The notes beneath the pieces were generated by a model, which was given only the letters and a program-made list of their open reading frames with translations, was not told where the DNA came from and made no database searches. A DNA stretch of 62,124 nucleotides, the filler included, from Jimgerdemannia flammicorona (lineage: Eukaryota): assembly GCA_003990765.1 (NCBI GenBank). It is 2 parts of 2 records of this genome, joined end to end, with 100 filler letters (N's around TTAATTAATTAA, not from the genome) between each part and the next. Parts side by side here need not be neighbours in the genome. Positions count along the whole stretch, not along the records: positions 31,123 to 62,124 come from RBNJ01000415.1; 1 more part is not named here. One strand, written 5' to 3'. A program made the translations under genes and the position numbers. The first letter of the stretch is position 1; every line of letters starts with the position of its first letter. Shown here in pieces: positions 39,126-51,307 of the stretch.

Positions 39126-40345
39126 TATTAAAGACTTGATTTAAAGACTGTAAAAAGTTATAAATATAATTCTATAACTGTGGATATTTAGCAAATATTT
39201 ATCAAAACTGTAATAATTTCTCTTTTTAGTAGTAAAAACATCTCTTACACTCTGCTGAGTTTCAAAAAGTGAAATAAGATAAACTTGATGTACAATAGTA
39301 CTGACTTCAATTACTTTATAGGTGTTTATATATTCTATAATATATATATATCTATCTCTTCATCTTATACTTAAAGTGTTTGAAAGTATTAAATATAGCC
39401 AAGATAATGAGTATTCCCATCATTATTAGTAAATTCAAACAGCAATTGAAACAGATCAAAGCTGAAATCAGAGATCTTAGGCTTTCTCTCACTATGCTTA
39501 ATTAAAAAATTAAATAATGCTACTCAATTATAATATGATTGATTGTAGAAAGATAAGTTATATTAGTAAATACATTTAATGATTTCTTTATCTCAAAGAT
39601 TAACAGAATGTAAAGTAAGAGTTTTGTATAAGATAACCTAAATTTTGAATTATAAGTATTTAAGAGTTATTGAGCTTTGGAATATTTTATATTTTTATCT
39701 GATATCTGCTTCCTTCTTCTTCTGGATATAACTAATTATAAAGAAAAACTTAAAGATCAACCTCCAGATGATTTAAATCAAATTTTTGGCTTGCAGCTGA
39801 TATTTCCATTAAGTAATATGGAATTCTAAATCCCAAGAGACATCAATGTTGATTTTGATTTATAACAGAGATGTCAGCTCTAGTCTATATGTTTATAAAC
39901 TTCAAAAAATCATACATAAATTACAAATCAATGGTAAATATATTTTTGCATCTGAGGTTCTGAATTATGCTTATTGGTTGTCTTATAAAGTAGATATATA
40001 TATATAATATATTGATATTCAGTAGATTCTATATCAAAGTTACCAGAAGTTCCAAATTCTTATATATTCTCTATATAGTACTGCATTGCATTTATCTTTA
40101 GAAATTTGCAGACTAACCATCAATGATCTGAAATTCATTCTTAAGCTCATTGAATTCAGCTAAAAGTCTATCAGTATCTGCTAGAGATCCCTTTCTTAAA
40201 TTGGTAATAAGATCAATATAAACTAGTTTACAAAAGCACAGATGGCTCTAATGGCTTCTAAGGCATTCTTATCATCAAAGAATCCTCAAAAACTTGGTAG
40301 AAAGATCTCAATTAGTTATAGAAGATATAATATTAATATAAATAT

Positions 40346-41497
40346 TGTAACATGCCTCCAGCTCAATAGGGGTAAATTACAAGATTGGTGGTGTAGTTTG
40401 GCTTAAGCCCTCAGTTACTTTATCAAAAGTAACAAAATGTTCTAAGATTCCTTGTTAGTGTTTAGTGGTATAATAGTCAATTTGTATACAATGGTTGATT
40501 CTGTCAGATTTTCTTATTGGGATAGTTCTTTGGGTATAGCAGTGATTTGTATGTATGGCATGAGCAGATTCCTTATATGGCAGATGATTTCTATATAGTG
40601 TGACAATCGGCAAAATTAGCAGCTTCCTTCCTGAGTAGTAGTGATCTCTAGATAGCATGATGGGTTCCTTATATGATTTCTGCATGATGATCTTGGTGGT
40701 ATTTCTTATGCAGATTTGGCAGATAATTCAGATAACTTAGATAACTCAGTTTTGATATAGATTCTCCTAAATTGGCTCTTCTGGGAATATCAAGTAACTT
40801 GATAACTTGGATAACTCTATTGGCTCAGAGAACTTGGATGGCAGATTCTTGGCAAAGTTATGTCAAAGACTGGCTTCATTTGTGCAGAGTTACATCATAG
40901 ACCAGCTTTACTGCAAAGTTGTGTCAAGAGACTGGCTTGTGGCAAGATTTCTATTGAGCTCTCTGAATAGTAGATTCTTCTCTTCAGGCTTATCTGGCAA
41001 GTGAACCAAAACATAGCAGCTTATTTCTTAAGCAGCAGATTTCTCAAATAGCAGTAAAGTTCTTCACTCAAACTCGGTGACAAACTCTGACTTTGTATTG
41101 GAAAGTGGACCAGAGTGGAAAATAGCTCACAACTTCTTGGTAGTGGCTCATTGACAGGTTTCTCCTCCTAAGTATATCAGACAATTGACTTTTGATTTGA
41201 TTTTCAGACTGAGGTTTATTCACTCTTATCTCTGGGATATTTTATACAGTTGTGGTACTACCTGGTTACTATGTAGCTAATTATAGATTGCTATTTTTGG
41301 CAAGTATTCCTGGATAGTACAGTGTACTGGATCAGTAGTACTGGCTTGGTATAGTATACTGGACCAGTACAGATAAATATACTGTTTCTGATATCTCTGG
41401 CTAATTATACAGGTTGGTGTATTAAAGCAGTCTTGGTTGCTTAGTGTACTAGATATTATATGTGGCTAATTTATAATTTCAGCAGTATAATTCTATT
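40346..41497 (-). repeat. Probable 3' LTR of Gypsy D (about 1.15 kb; 5' edge and PPT eroded)
   Basis: Ends TGTTACA (40346). TATAAAA at about 41239-41245 then AATAAA at 41215-41220 on the minus strand. 41455-41497 matches the LTR stub of element E. Confidence 0.6.
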
Positions 41498-41896
41498 GCT
41501 CAGGCTATCCTTGGACTATCCTTTAGTCATTATTCCAATATGCATAAGTAGCTTTAGGATCAATATCTGAACTATTATCTACATTTGGATCAAAGTTACT
41601 CCATTCAATAGGTTCTTCTTCTTTCTCTGGAAACAGGATTTCAACATGGTTGATGATACTTAAGTAGATGGTAGAATTTATTTGTTATATATCATTCAGG
41701 GAGAACTGTGCTTCTATCAGTGCTGAGATGTTTTATTTGTAGATTGTATACAATCTGTCTACAGCAGTGGTGTTTTTCCAGGTCAAATTAGTAGAGTTCC
41801 TGATGTAGGTTAGGTCTGGGGCTAGAAGGTTCTGCAATTGCTCTCTAATTGTATAGTAGACATATAGCTGGTAGACTTGCAGTAAATGTCTGACCA

Positions 41897-44800
41897 TACA
41901 GTAAACTAACATCTTTCTCCAGTAATATTCAGGTTATACAACCTTCTGGCAATACTTCCAACACAGTTTTTGGAAAAAGATACTAGAAACATAGTGACCA
42001 ATAAGTGTTCTAAGGTGCATACTGAGCAGGGAGACCCAAGTGCATTCGACTGGTGATATGTGGGGAGAGGCCCTGGCTTGGGGGGAAACATGAGGGGCCT
42101 GTTGGCAGGAGGATATAGCTGGAGAGGGGGCAGTATTGGAGGACAGAGAAGTGGGAGGATAAGCTTTGCAGATATAGTAACGGGGAGGCAGATAATGACT
42201 GGACTGGAGGGCTGGCTGAGGAAGGGCAAGGAGACAGCAAAGACTGCAGGGCAGTAGCAGCAGGGGGGAGTCCCTCTGGGGGGCCAGGGCAGTGGGACTG
42301 GTGGAGTAGTGGCTGAGGGGTGACTGCTAATAGCAGCATAACAGGTAATCTTAAAAAATCTAGATGGGACTGCTGATGATAGACCAGGGTGTGGGAAGGA
42401 CATGAGGCCTAGTGATCTGGCCAACAGTGTAACAGGCCTGGTGGTGGCCCTATTACTTAAGAAGTCAATCTTAGAGTTTATAGTTACCTTATACTTCTAG
42501 GGCTTGATAGTGATGGCAAAAATGGTATTGGGGCTAATTGCTAAGCAAGTGGCTAGGGTGGTATCTGTGAAGTTTCTGAAGGGTTTGGAAGGAGTGGAGG
42601 TGGGCTTTGAGGAGGCTGGGCTATTGGAGGAGGTGCTGAAGGCTAGGCTGACTATTGGGGAGATGTACATTCTGATAGCATACTGCTTGAGATGGGACCC
42701 CAGGGTGGTGTAACTTCTGGTGAAAGGGGTGCCCATGGTTACTGCTGTGGAGATGGGGAGGAGAGTTGAGGAAGTTATGGCCAAGTATAGAGAGGTAGTA
42801 GATATTGGGTTCCAGGTCTAGGAAGAGACCTCATTCAGGACTGGGGATGTTGATGTCTAGATTCAGTTGGCAGAGAAGGAAGCTACTGAGAAGGCCAGAG
42901 ACTGGCCTTCAGTAATGGTCTGGGGGACATTTCTGTGCAAGGTAACAAGGGTGAAGGGGAGTGAGAAGGAAGAAGAGGATTTGTTTGAGATACTAAAGGA
43001 GCTGAATAGTGCCATAGAGTAGAGGGTAAAGGCTTAGAAGGTACATGCAGAGTTGATATATTTGGAGGTAGTGGATGGGAAGCAGATTCACATAGATAAG
43101 GGGCTGTAGGAAAGATCCCAGAGATACAAGAGGTAGAGAGAGTTGTTGGCAAACCTGGAGAGTAGGGCAAAGAATGACACTGATGAAACTGTGGTCATAG
43201 AGAGAGCCAAAGCAAGTATCTGGACTGGTATAGAGGAAGGGAGTACAGAGAAGGGACCAGAAGTAGACAAGGAGGAGACTGATTATGACCCATATGTAGG
43301 TGGTACATTCAAGGGCTGAGAGGACTCCCTAACTCCTACTCCTCTTATTAGGTAAGGTCCAGCTTTGAGAGATAGGATAGCAGAGGGTGTGCCTATGTGG
43401 GGGGTCCAGCAAGTATACTTTGGAGTTCCTGAGGTGGTGCAGGGTGGCCAGGTGGTGGCAGTTGGTAAGAAAGAACTAGTGAATGTTCAAGAGGATAGAT
43501 GGGATGAGACTGCGAGTGCAGGGGCCAATACTACAATACTGGATAGAGAGATGTAAGTGACTCCCAGATGGAGAGAGGTGGGGAACCTACTATGGATGTG
43601 CCAGATGATGAATAACTTTGTGGCAGAGGAGTTGGGAGAGGTGGACCTGAGGGTGATTAGTGAAGAGCATTGGACACAGATCTTGTATAGTGATGGAGTG
43701 GTGGAGACACTGTAGGTGGAGATTCTTGCAGTTTTTCTGAAAAAGAAAGGGTATGAGATTGATATGGAGAGAGAGACTGAGCTGGCAGTTGCAGCTAGTG
43801 AGTGGACTGCATTCTGTTGAGCAGAGCATCATGGATTGCAGCTTTGGCAAGAGGCTTGCCTGGAGTATCATGAGGATTTCAAGGTGAAGGAGAATGGGAA
43901 ACTTGCCAAAATATTGGTTGGATTAGAGACTAAGAGGATTGAAGAGAGGAGGTGGCTACTAAATACAATTGGAACTTGGCTCAGTAGAAGATAACTATGG
44001 AGCAGTAGAGGATGTGCTTGATATTTCACAATATCCATTATGAACAGTACAACTAACATTTTTTCTTTAAATATGAATGGATTATGGAGTTTGTTTAGAC
44101 ATTGAAACATTTTTGCCTGGCTGAAGAAATTGGAGGCTGACCTCTTTCTTTTGCAGGATATCTGATGTGAGGATGATTTGGATAGACTGGAATGGATAAA
44201 GGAATGGAGAGGTGAGACAGTCTGGAAGGACAAGATGGGGATTCTGGTCCAGAGGGGCAGAGGGAAGATATATGATATGAGGTACTGGAGAGACAGACTG
44301 GTTTGGGAAGAGTAGATACATATGATCAGACTGGGAGCTGATAATAGTGGGTTCATGCTACTGTTCTGCAGTATGGAGGGAGTAAGTAGATGGGATGAAG
44401 GGGCTTCAGAAGAGTGGGGCCCTTGCAGAGGCAGGAGGAGATGTGCTTGGAGGACACTTTAATATGATAAGAGACATACTGGTACACCAAACTGATGGAG
44501 GGTGAGGGACAGAGGGCAGAAGTGGTGGGCTGAAGGTGTTGGAGGAGGTGGAATGACTAAGTGCTCTAGTAGGCCCTGGCAGGGGTTTCTGGAGTAATAA
44601 GAGGGTGTATACACACTGGGCAGGTGGCCTAGGGACAAGGATCAACTGGGTTCTGATGACAGACTGCTGGAGATTGAATATCTGGAAGTCTCTGGAGACT
44701 GAGTGGTGTCTATGGTCTGATCATTAGCAGCTGCTGAGACAGGGTCTTTTTGGAGGGAGTAAGGATGGGCCTGGACATTAGTATCTCAATTCCTCTTTGT

Positions 44801-47798
44801 TAGACAATAAGATACTGTAGGATGAGTGGGCTGAGGACATTCAGCTGCAGGTAGAGGGTTGGATACAGGAAGGTGCCCCAATTGAGATCTAATGGACAAG
44901 GATAAAAGAGGCTACTAAGGTCTACTGGAGGGAGGCTGACAAGGTGGCTGGAAGATGGAGGAGGAAGAGGGTGGTGTGGGCTTCTACTAGATTGATCAGA
45001 CTTCTGAAAGGCTGGACTGATCTGTTGTACATAGAGGGGGTGAAGGTCTGGCAATTGATATGGGCAAAATTGGAGGTTAGAGAGTTATAACAGGTGTTGC
45101 AAGAGGAGGAGGTGACACAGGTATAGAGTTTGGCAGCTCACTTACATTGGCAGGGGCTGGAGGAAGGGGAGAGGCCTTCTAAGTATCTCACAAGGGCCCT
45201 CTAGATGAGGAGGGTAAAGCAGAGGTGGGAGGGGGTACTAGATTCTGATGGCCTACTGGTACATGGAATACAAGACATTCTTAGATCATTAAAGGAGAGG
45301 TGGAGCAGTATATGGAGTGAGAAGGAGGGTGGGGCTGATGCTGTCACTATTGACCATACTTTGGAGAATTGGTACCCACTATGAGTAGAAGAATTGGGCA
45401 GATTGGTAATGCCTATACAGAAGGAGGAGATTCTTCAGATTCTTGCCACAACTATATCAGGTACAGCATCAGGGGAGGAAGGTCTGCCCTGGAACTTCTG
45501 GAAGAAGATAGTGGAAGTCTCTGAAATACTGGAAGAGCTGAGAGTGCTCTACAACTTGATACTATAGTCAGGGAGATGGGTGGGTGAGCAGGATCTGGGG
45601 CTGGTAGTACTGCTTTATAAGAATAAGGACAGAAAGGAGGACTGAAAGAACTGGTAGCCAATAATACTTCTAGATATGGACAGAAAGTTAGTTACTAAGG
45701 TAGTGGTAGCAAGGTTGCAGAAGGTGGCTTAGCAAATCTTGGGTGAGGAGTAGTGGGGCTTTGTAGGAGGCTGGCTTATCTGAGATATCACAGTCTGGAT
45801 ATATGGAGTCATTGAAAAGACACAAGCCTGTGGACTAGATGGGCATCTGGTTTTCTTGGATCAGGAGAAGGCATATAACTGTATTTGGTTGGTATGGTTC
45901 AAGAAGGTTTTGGATAGAATTGGTGTCCCATACCAGTTCTAGGTAGCAATAGTCAGTCTACTGAAGGGGAGTAGAGCTGCTCTCATATATAATGGGCATT
46001 GCAGGGTGGTATTCCCTCTGGGTAGAGGTGTTCTCCAGGGGGACCCACTGTGTCCTATTCTGTATACTCTCTCTCTGGAGCCTCTGATGGATATAATTAG
46101 ATAGAAAGTAGTCAGGCTCTCAATATTCAGGATTGGGTGAAAAGTTGGAGCCTTTGCAGATGATATAGTGGTTGGTCTGAATTTGATCACTGATATAGAG
46201 AAACTCAAGGAGACTGTAGAGTGGTATGAGATACACTCTGGGGCTCAACTCAATTGGCACAAGTGTGAAATTATGATGTTGGGCAATGGCTTGGTAGGAG
46301 GAGATATCATTGGAACAATTGTCCCTACTGAGGAGGCAGTGTGATACTTGGGCATTTATCTGTCAGTGTATGGATCAGTCCTACTGAGACTTTGGTGGAA
46401 ACAGTGGGTTGCAATCTGGGGGGAGGCCCTGTGGAGTTGGAGAGGATGATACTTGTCTCTAGCAGAGTGTGTTTCAATTTTAAATGTCTACTGACTGCTG
46501 AAATTGTGGTATTTGGCTTATCCCCTGGACTTCTCTGCCTGTGTGGTTAAGAGGCTATTAAAACTGGCCTAGGGGGTAGATCTGGGCTGGGAGAAGGAAT
46601 CAGATTAGCTGGGAAATTCTGTCTCTACCAGTAATTAGAGGGGGCCTTGGGCTGATTGACTTTCTGAAGAGGTTGCACTGTCAGAGAGCATGGTGGTTGA
46701 AGAGAGCTGTGGAACTAGGAGGGGGTGGATGGGTATCCCTGATGACAAAGGTCTGAGAGATGAGGTCCTTGCCAAGAGGCTCTACTAGAGATCTACTGTC
46801 CTTAATTGGGCTTCAGAATAATGGACATATGCAGTATAAAGGCTTCTGGTGGGGGGTAGTAGATGGGGTACACCACATTGGAATTCATTGGAGGAGAAAT
46901 GAAGGAGAGCTGCCTTGGGACCCAGCAATATTGAGATGGGACCAGGTGCTGCTGGGGAGTATTCCCCTAATTTATTTTGATATTAGTAATGGGGTTGAGT
47001 GCCAGAGAGGGTTGGGACAGGATTTGTGGCCCAGTGGATGGCAGTTGGCAGGTATCAGTAAGAAGTGGGACTAGAATGGGGTCTGGGCCTAGAGTGCTGA
47101 GGTAAGGCAGTAGTTGCTACTGAAGTACTGAGTGGTCTGATAGTATATACTGTAGAGGAATATCATGCTTAACTTTCACTCAGGCCACCTTGTAGAGGGG
47201 GGAAGTTTTAACTATAAGGAGTGTTACAATATAGGACAGGAAGGGGGATTTGTACAGATGTCAGAATATTGGCTGGGAGAGTGTAAGGTACTTAGTGAAT
47301 TTTGGCTGGCAGTTGGAGATAGATTGGGCCTAGTGTGTAGGGGGGATGGTGAGAGGGGTTGATGGGAGGATTTGAGAGATAGATTGGTGGGGGGGGGTGG
47401 AGAAGGAGTCACTGACTATGGGTTGGGTATTGGTAGTTTGGGTGGGATTGGTGGGTCACTGGTTGTTTGTTTTCGAGGAAGGGAGGCATCTGAGTGTGGG
47501 GGTGCAGCTGTTGGGATGGGAAGAGTTGATGGAGGACATTCTGACAGGCTGGTGGTTAGGTTGGTGTCTGCAGAGTGATCAGCAGTATTAATTAGTAGAG
47601 AAAATCTGTAGACAGAGTGGGGAGAGGATTGGAGTAGTAGATGATAAGGTAGTTTTCAAGTATGATAGTATTGGGGGGGGTACCCCTATGGGGATTGGAT
47701 AGGGTGAGGGGGTACTATAATTATATCAATAGACTGGTAAAAATAGTGAAGTCCAAGTGACTATAAAAAAAAAAAACAAAAATAAAAATAAAAAAATT
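41897..47798 (+). mobile_element. Full-length decayed L1/Tx1-like LINE (ORF1 about 42050-44030, ORF2 about 44060-47720, poly(A))
   Basis: TSD TAAAT(G/A)TCTGACCA at 41883-41896 and 47799-47812. Motifs SLNMNGL, SDH, FLDQEKAY, QGDPLCP, AFADD, GGLGL, EYWLGEC. Confidence 0.92.
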
Positions 47799-49432
47799 TA
47801 AATATCTGACCAGGTTAAGGTTCTCCTGATGGGTCTGGATTCATTAGAGGGGGTTTCTATTGGCTTGGCAGAATTGTGGGAGAGGAACTGGAAGTGATTG
47901 AAATGAACTTAGGACAAGGGTCTGGAGATGATGGTCAATTGTCTAATTTATAGTATAGGGAGAGATATATGTATCTTGAGGTGGTTGATATATACTGGTG
48001 TCCTTAGGGTTCATCCTTCTATGATCTTAAATAGATACTGATTCTTCTGATATTATGTACAAGATAAGATCCTTCCCATTTGGGCTCCAGTTTGGCAGCA
48101 AAGTTTATTTCAATCATACTTCTCCAAACTAGTACTTGATCTCCAATATTGATTTTCTAATTCTTCTGCTTCTAGTCATAGTACTTCTTTTGTCTCTCTT
48201 GGGCCTTGCTAATCTGAACTCATGTTTGATTATATAACTGTTCTGCCTTCTTGAAGAGATCTCTGAGGTTCCCATAGTCAGCAGTTTGGGGTTTCTTGAC
48301 AAACATTATCTTGAAGGACTTTTGAATCATAGAAGCAACAGGGGTATTTCGAATTTCCCATAGGATCTCAGGTAAGCAGAGATCACAGTTGGTAGGATTG
48401 ACTTTGGCAAGTCCTTTCTTGATGGTCTGGTTCATTTATTCTATTATACTATTGGTCTGAGGATAGTATTATGTGGTCTGTTTGAGATGGATCTTGTGAA
48501 TTCAGCTATAACTTGTGATTATATATTGATGAATTCTGTATCTCAATCAGAGATGAGTTCTTCTGTTGATCTATATCTGAGTGTGAGTCCATAGAGGAGG
48601 CCTATAATAGTTAAGGCATCTGTGATTTCTATTGGAAAAGCTTCAGACCACTTGGTAAGATATTTCACAAATATAAGGATATACTTGTTCCTTCTTGATA
48701 TAACTGGTAGAGGTTCAATTGCATCTACTCTTGATCTCTGAAAGATGCTGTCTGGTAGTATGATTAGTTGTAGTAGTGCTTGATGGTTCTTCCTTTCTTG
48801 GTATTTCTGGCAGATATCACATTTCTTGAGTATATCTCAGACTTATATTCTGAGGTTGAGCTAATGTTGATATGTTGTTTTGCAACTTTCTTCTATATTC
48901 ACCTGTCCTTAGTAGACTTTCTGGTGTTCTTTTCAGATGATATCTTCTTTTGCCTTGATGGTCTGAGGAGCTTTCTTTAGGGTATAGTTTCTTGGTACAC
49001 CCTTTTTCTGATTCATTGAGGTTGTTAGGAAGGTACATCAACATTGTTGTAAGCTTTCTCTGCTTTATTGATAATGGTGATTTTGTAATCCTATAAGATA
49101 AGGATCCAGCAGGCTAGGATTCTGGTGGGTATCTTGCAGTTGAATAGTCATTTGAGGGCTATATAGTCAGTTATCAGAGTGAATCTTTTTCTAATAAGAT
49201 AAGCTTGAACAGGGTGACTGATCATTTGACAGTAAGGTATTCCAATTTGGAGAAGCAGATGGTCCCTTTTTTGCTTGAACAATTCAGAGCAAGCTAAGCC
49301 ACACAGATATCTTTTCATGACAAGCAATATGTTTTCAAGTTTTCCCGTCATCTATTCTGGTGTACAAGGTGCGGCAGGAGTCTAGCTACAGCATACAACA
49401 AGTCTCATCTGTTTTGGTGGAGTTTTCGTCGG

Positions 49433-51295
49433 ATGGCAACCCAGGGTTCATCAAGCTCTGAGTGTTTGGAGAGAAGGAGGCCTGGTCTGGGTCTCCCTAA
49501 GAGTTTTGCGGTGACAGTTGGGGCTGGTGGAGGTGTAGGGGCTGGTGTAGAGACTAGAGGAGCAGGTGGTCTGGGGAGGCAGAGTGGCATTGAGAGTTGG
49601 CACACAGTGATGGGGGGCAGGAGGGTGGCTACTATGCCCATGGGGGCAGGGCAGGGGGGATGTAGTGTTGACAGGGGTAGGAGTCAGGTGACCAGCCAGG
49701 TGACTGGTCAGGTGACTGGTCAGGTGCCTGCCAGGGGCCAGGGGTCCGGAAGTGGTGTGGCTGGGACTGGTATTCCTGGGGCTGGACCAGTGGCTGGGGT
49801 GACTGCTGGAGTGTCAGAGAACATGAAGAAGGTGACAATGGCAGTAGGTTCTGGTGAACTGGTGGTGCATCCTTTCTTCCACAAGTCGGTGTCGATGTGG
49901 GCCATTTCTGCAAATTTTTTGGGGCTGGGGATGACTGCTAGAGAGGTCTTGTGGCTAGTGGGGGAGGAGATTGCAGGGGCAGAGTCACTGAAGTTCATCC
50001 CATCAGCAGAGGCAGTTGAGATAGGATTTGTTGAGGAGGAGGAGATGGTGAAGGCCCTAGAGAAAGGGCTAGTCATCAAGAGCATCAAGGTGAGTATGGC
50101 AAGGTGCCTGAGGTGGGACCCATGGGCAGTACGTCTGGTGGTGGAAGGGCTGCTAACATTGGGGAGACAGGAGACCAAAGGAATGTTGGTGGAGGCACTG
50201 GGGGCATTTGGTGAGATAGTTGACTTCAGATTCATGTTCTGGGAGGGGACCAAGCTGAGGAATGGCAATTGCGAGATAATGGTGAGACTGGAGGGCAAGG
50301 AGGCCACAGGGCAAGGGAGGGACTGGCTAGAAGTGATCCATGTCAGAGGGCAGGAGTGCAAAGTGTGGAGAAGGAAGGGTTCTGAACAGGAGGAGGAGGA
50401 ATTGCTAGTCGCCCTTGAAGAGAGAGAGGCTGCGAAGAAATTGTGGAAGAGGAGATAGGAGGAGTTCGCCAAGGACTGGATCTGGATCCTGACCGATGGG
50501 AGGAGGAAGAGGTGGTGAAGAGCAAACTGGGAGCACCTGCAGACAGTCCTCTAGGGCTCGGAAAAGGAGGAAAAGGAAAGAGCAGAGTTGGCCAAAAATC
50601 AGATGGAAGAGGTGGAGACAGCTGAGGTGTCCTTTTCGCAACTTGGGGGAGTGGAGAACTCTACTCATGCGCCAGTAAAGGGGAAGTGGGCTGATAAGGA
50701 GGAGGCAAACACAGGGGGCTTTGAGGAGATTATCGAGGTAGTACCGGAGACCCAGTTGGAGGATGTTCGCATGGCCGGAGCAGTAAATGTTCATTGGGAA
50801 TGCCCAGAAGCAGGCGAAGTAGTTCGGCTGGAGAAAGGCACTGAGGAGGATGACCTGGTGGATGTGGCTTCTGATGTGTCAGCGGATTGAGAGATGCTGC
50901 AGAAGCTGAGCAGGACCCCAAGGCCAGCCACTCCTGGGCCCATGGTGATGATGGCAGATGACTGGTATCAGACAGTGCTTGAGGAACTTGCAGAGGAGGA
51001 TATCAAGGAAGTGGATGTATTTAATGGATCGCAGGAGGCCTGGGAAGGGTTTCTCAACATGGCATTGCAGGGGCCGAAGTTGGTGACAGCAATGGTGGTG
51101 GCACTTCTGGATGATGAAGGTTATGAGGTTGATGAGGACTGTATGGCTGATATCAGGAAGGTAGCATTGGAGCATGTGGATGCCTTCTGCAGTGGTGTGA
51201 ATGGAGCCTGCATCTGGAGGGCTATCTGCGAGGAACAGAAGGCATTAATCAGTAGTAGGGCCGAAAAGGTGGTGGCAGCACCGGCTGTGCTTTAA
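49433..51295 (+). pseudogene. LINE ORF1 (Gly-rich N-terminus, RRM-like middle, acidic C-terminus) with two in-frame stops
   Basis: ORFs 49433..50458, 50588..50890 and 50894..51295 share one frame. RRM-like segment VRLVVEGL...EALGAFGEIVD. Confidence 0.8.
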
Positions 51296-51307
51296 ACATT
51301 TATATTC

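Noticed and set aside
40455..41171. ORF inside the Gypsy D LTR (MSHYQEVVSYF... and 40455..40685)
   Set aside because: Short and interrupted, with only one LTR copy in the window, so there is no independent support.
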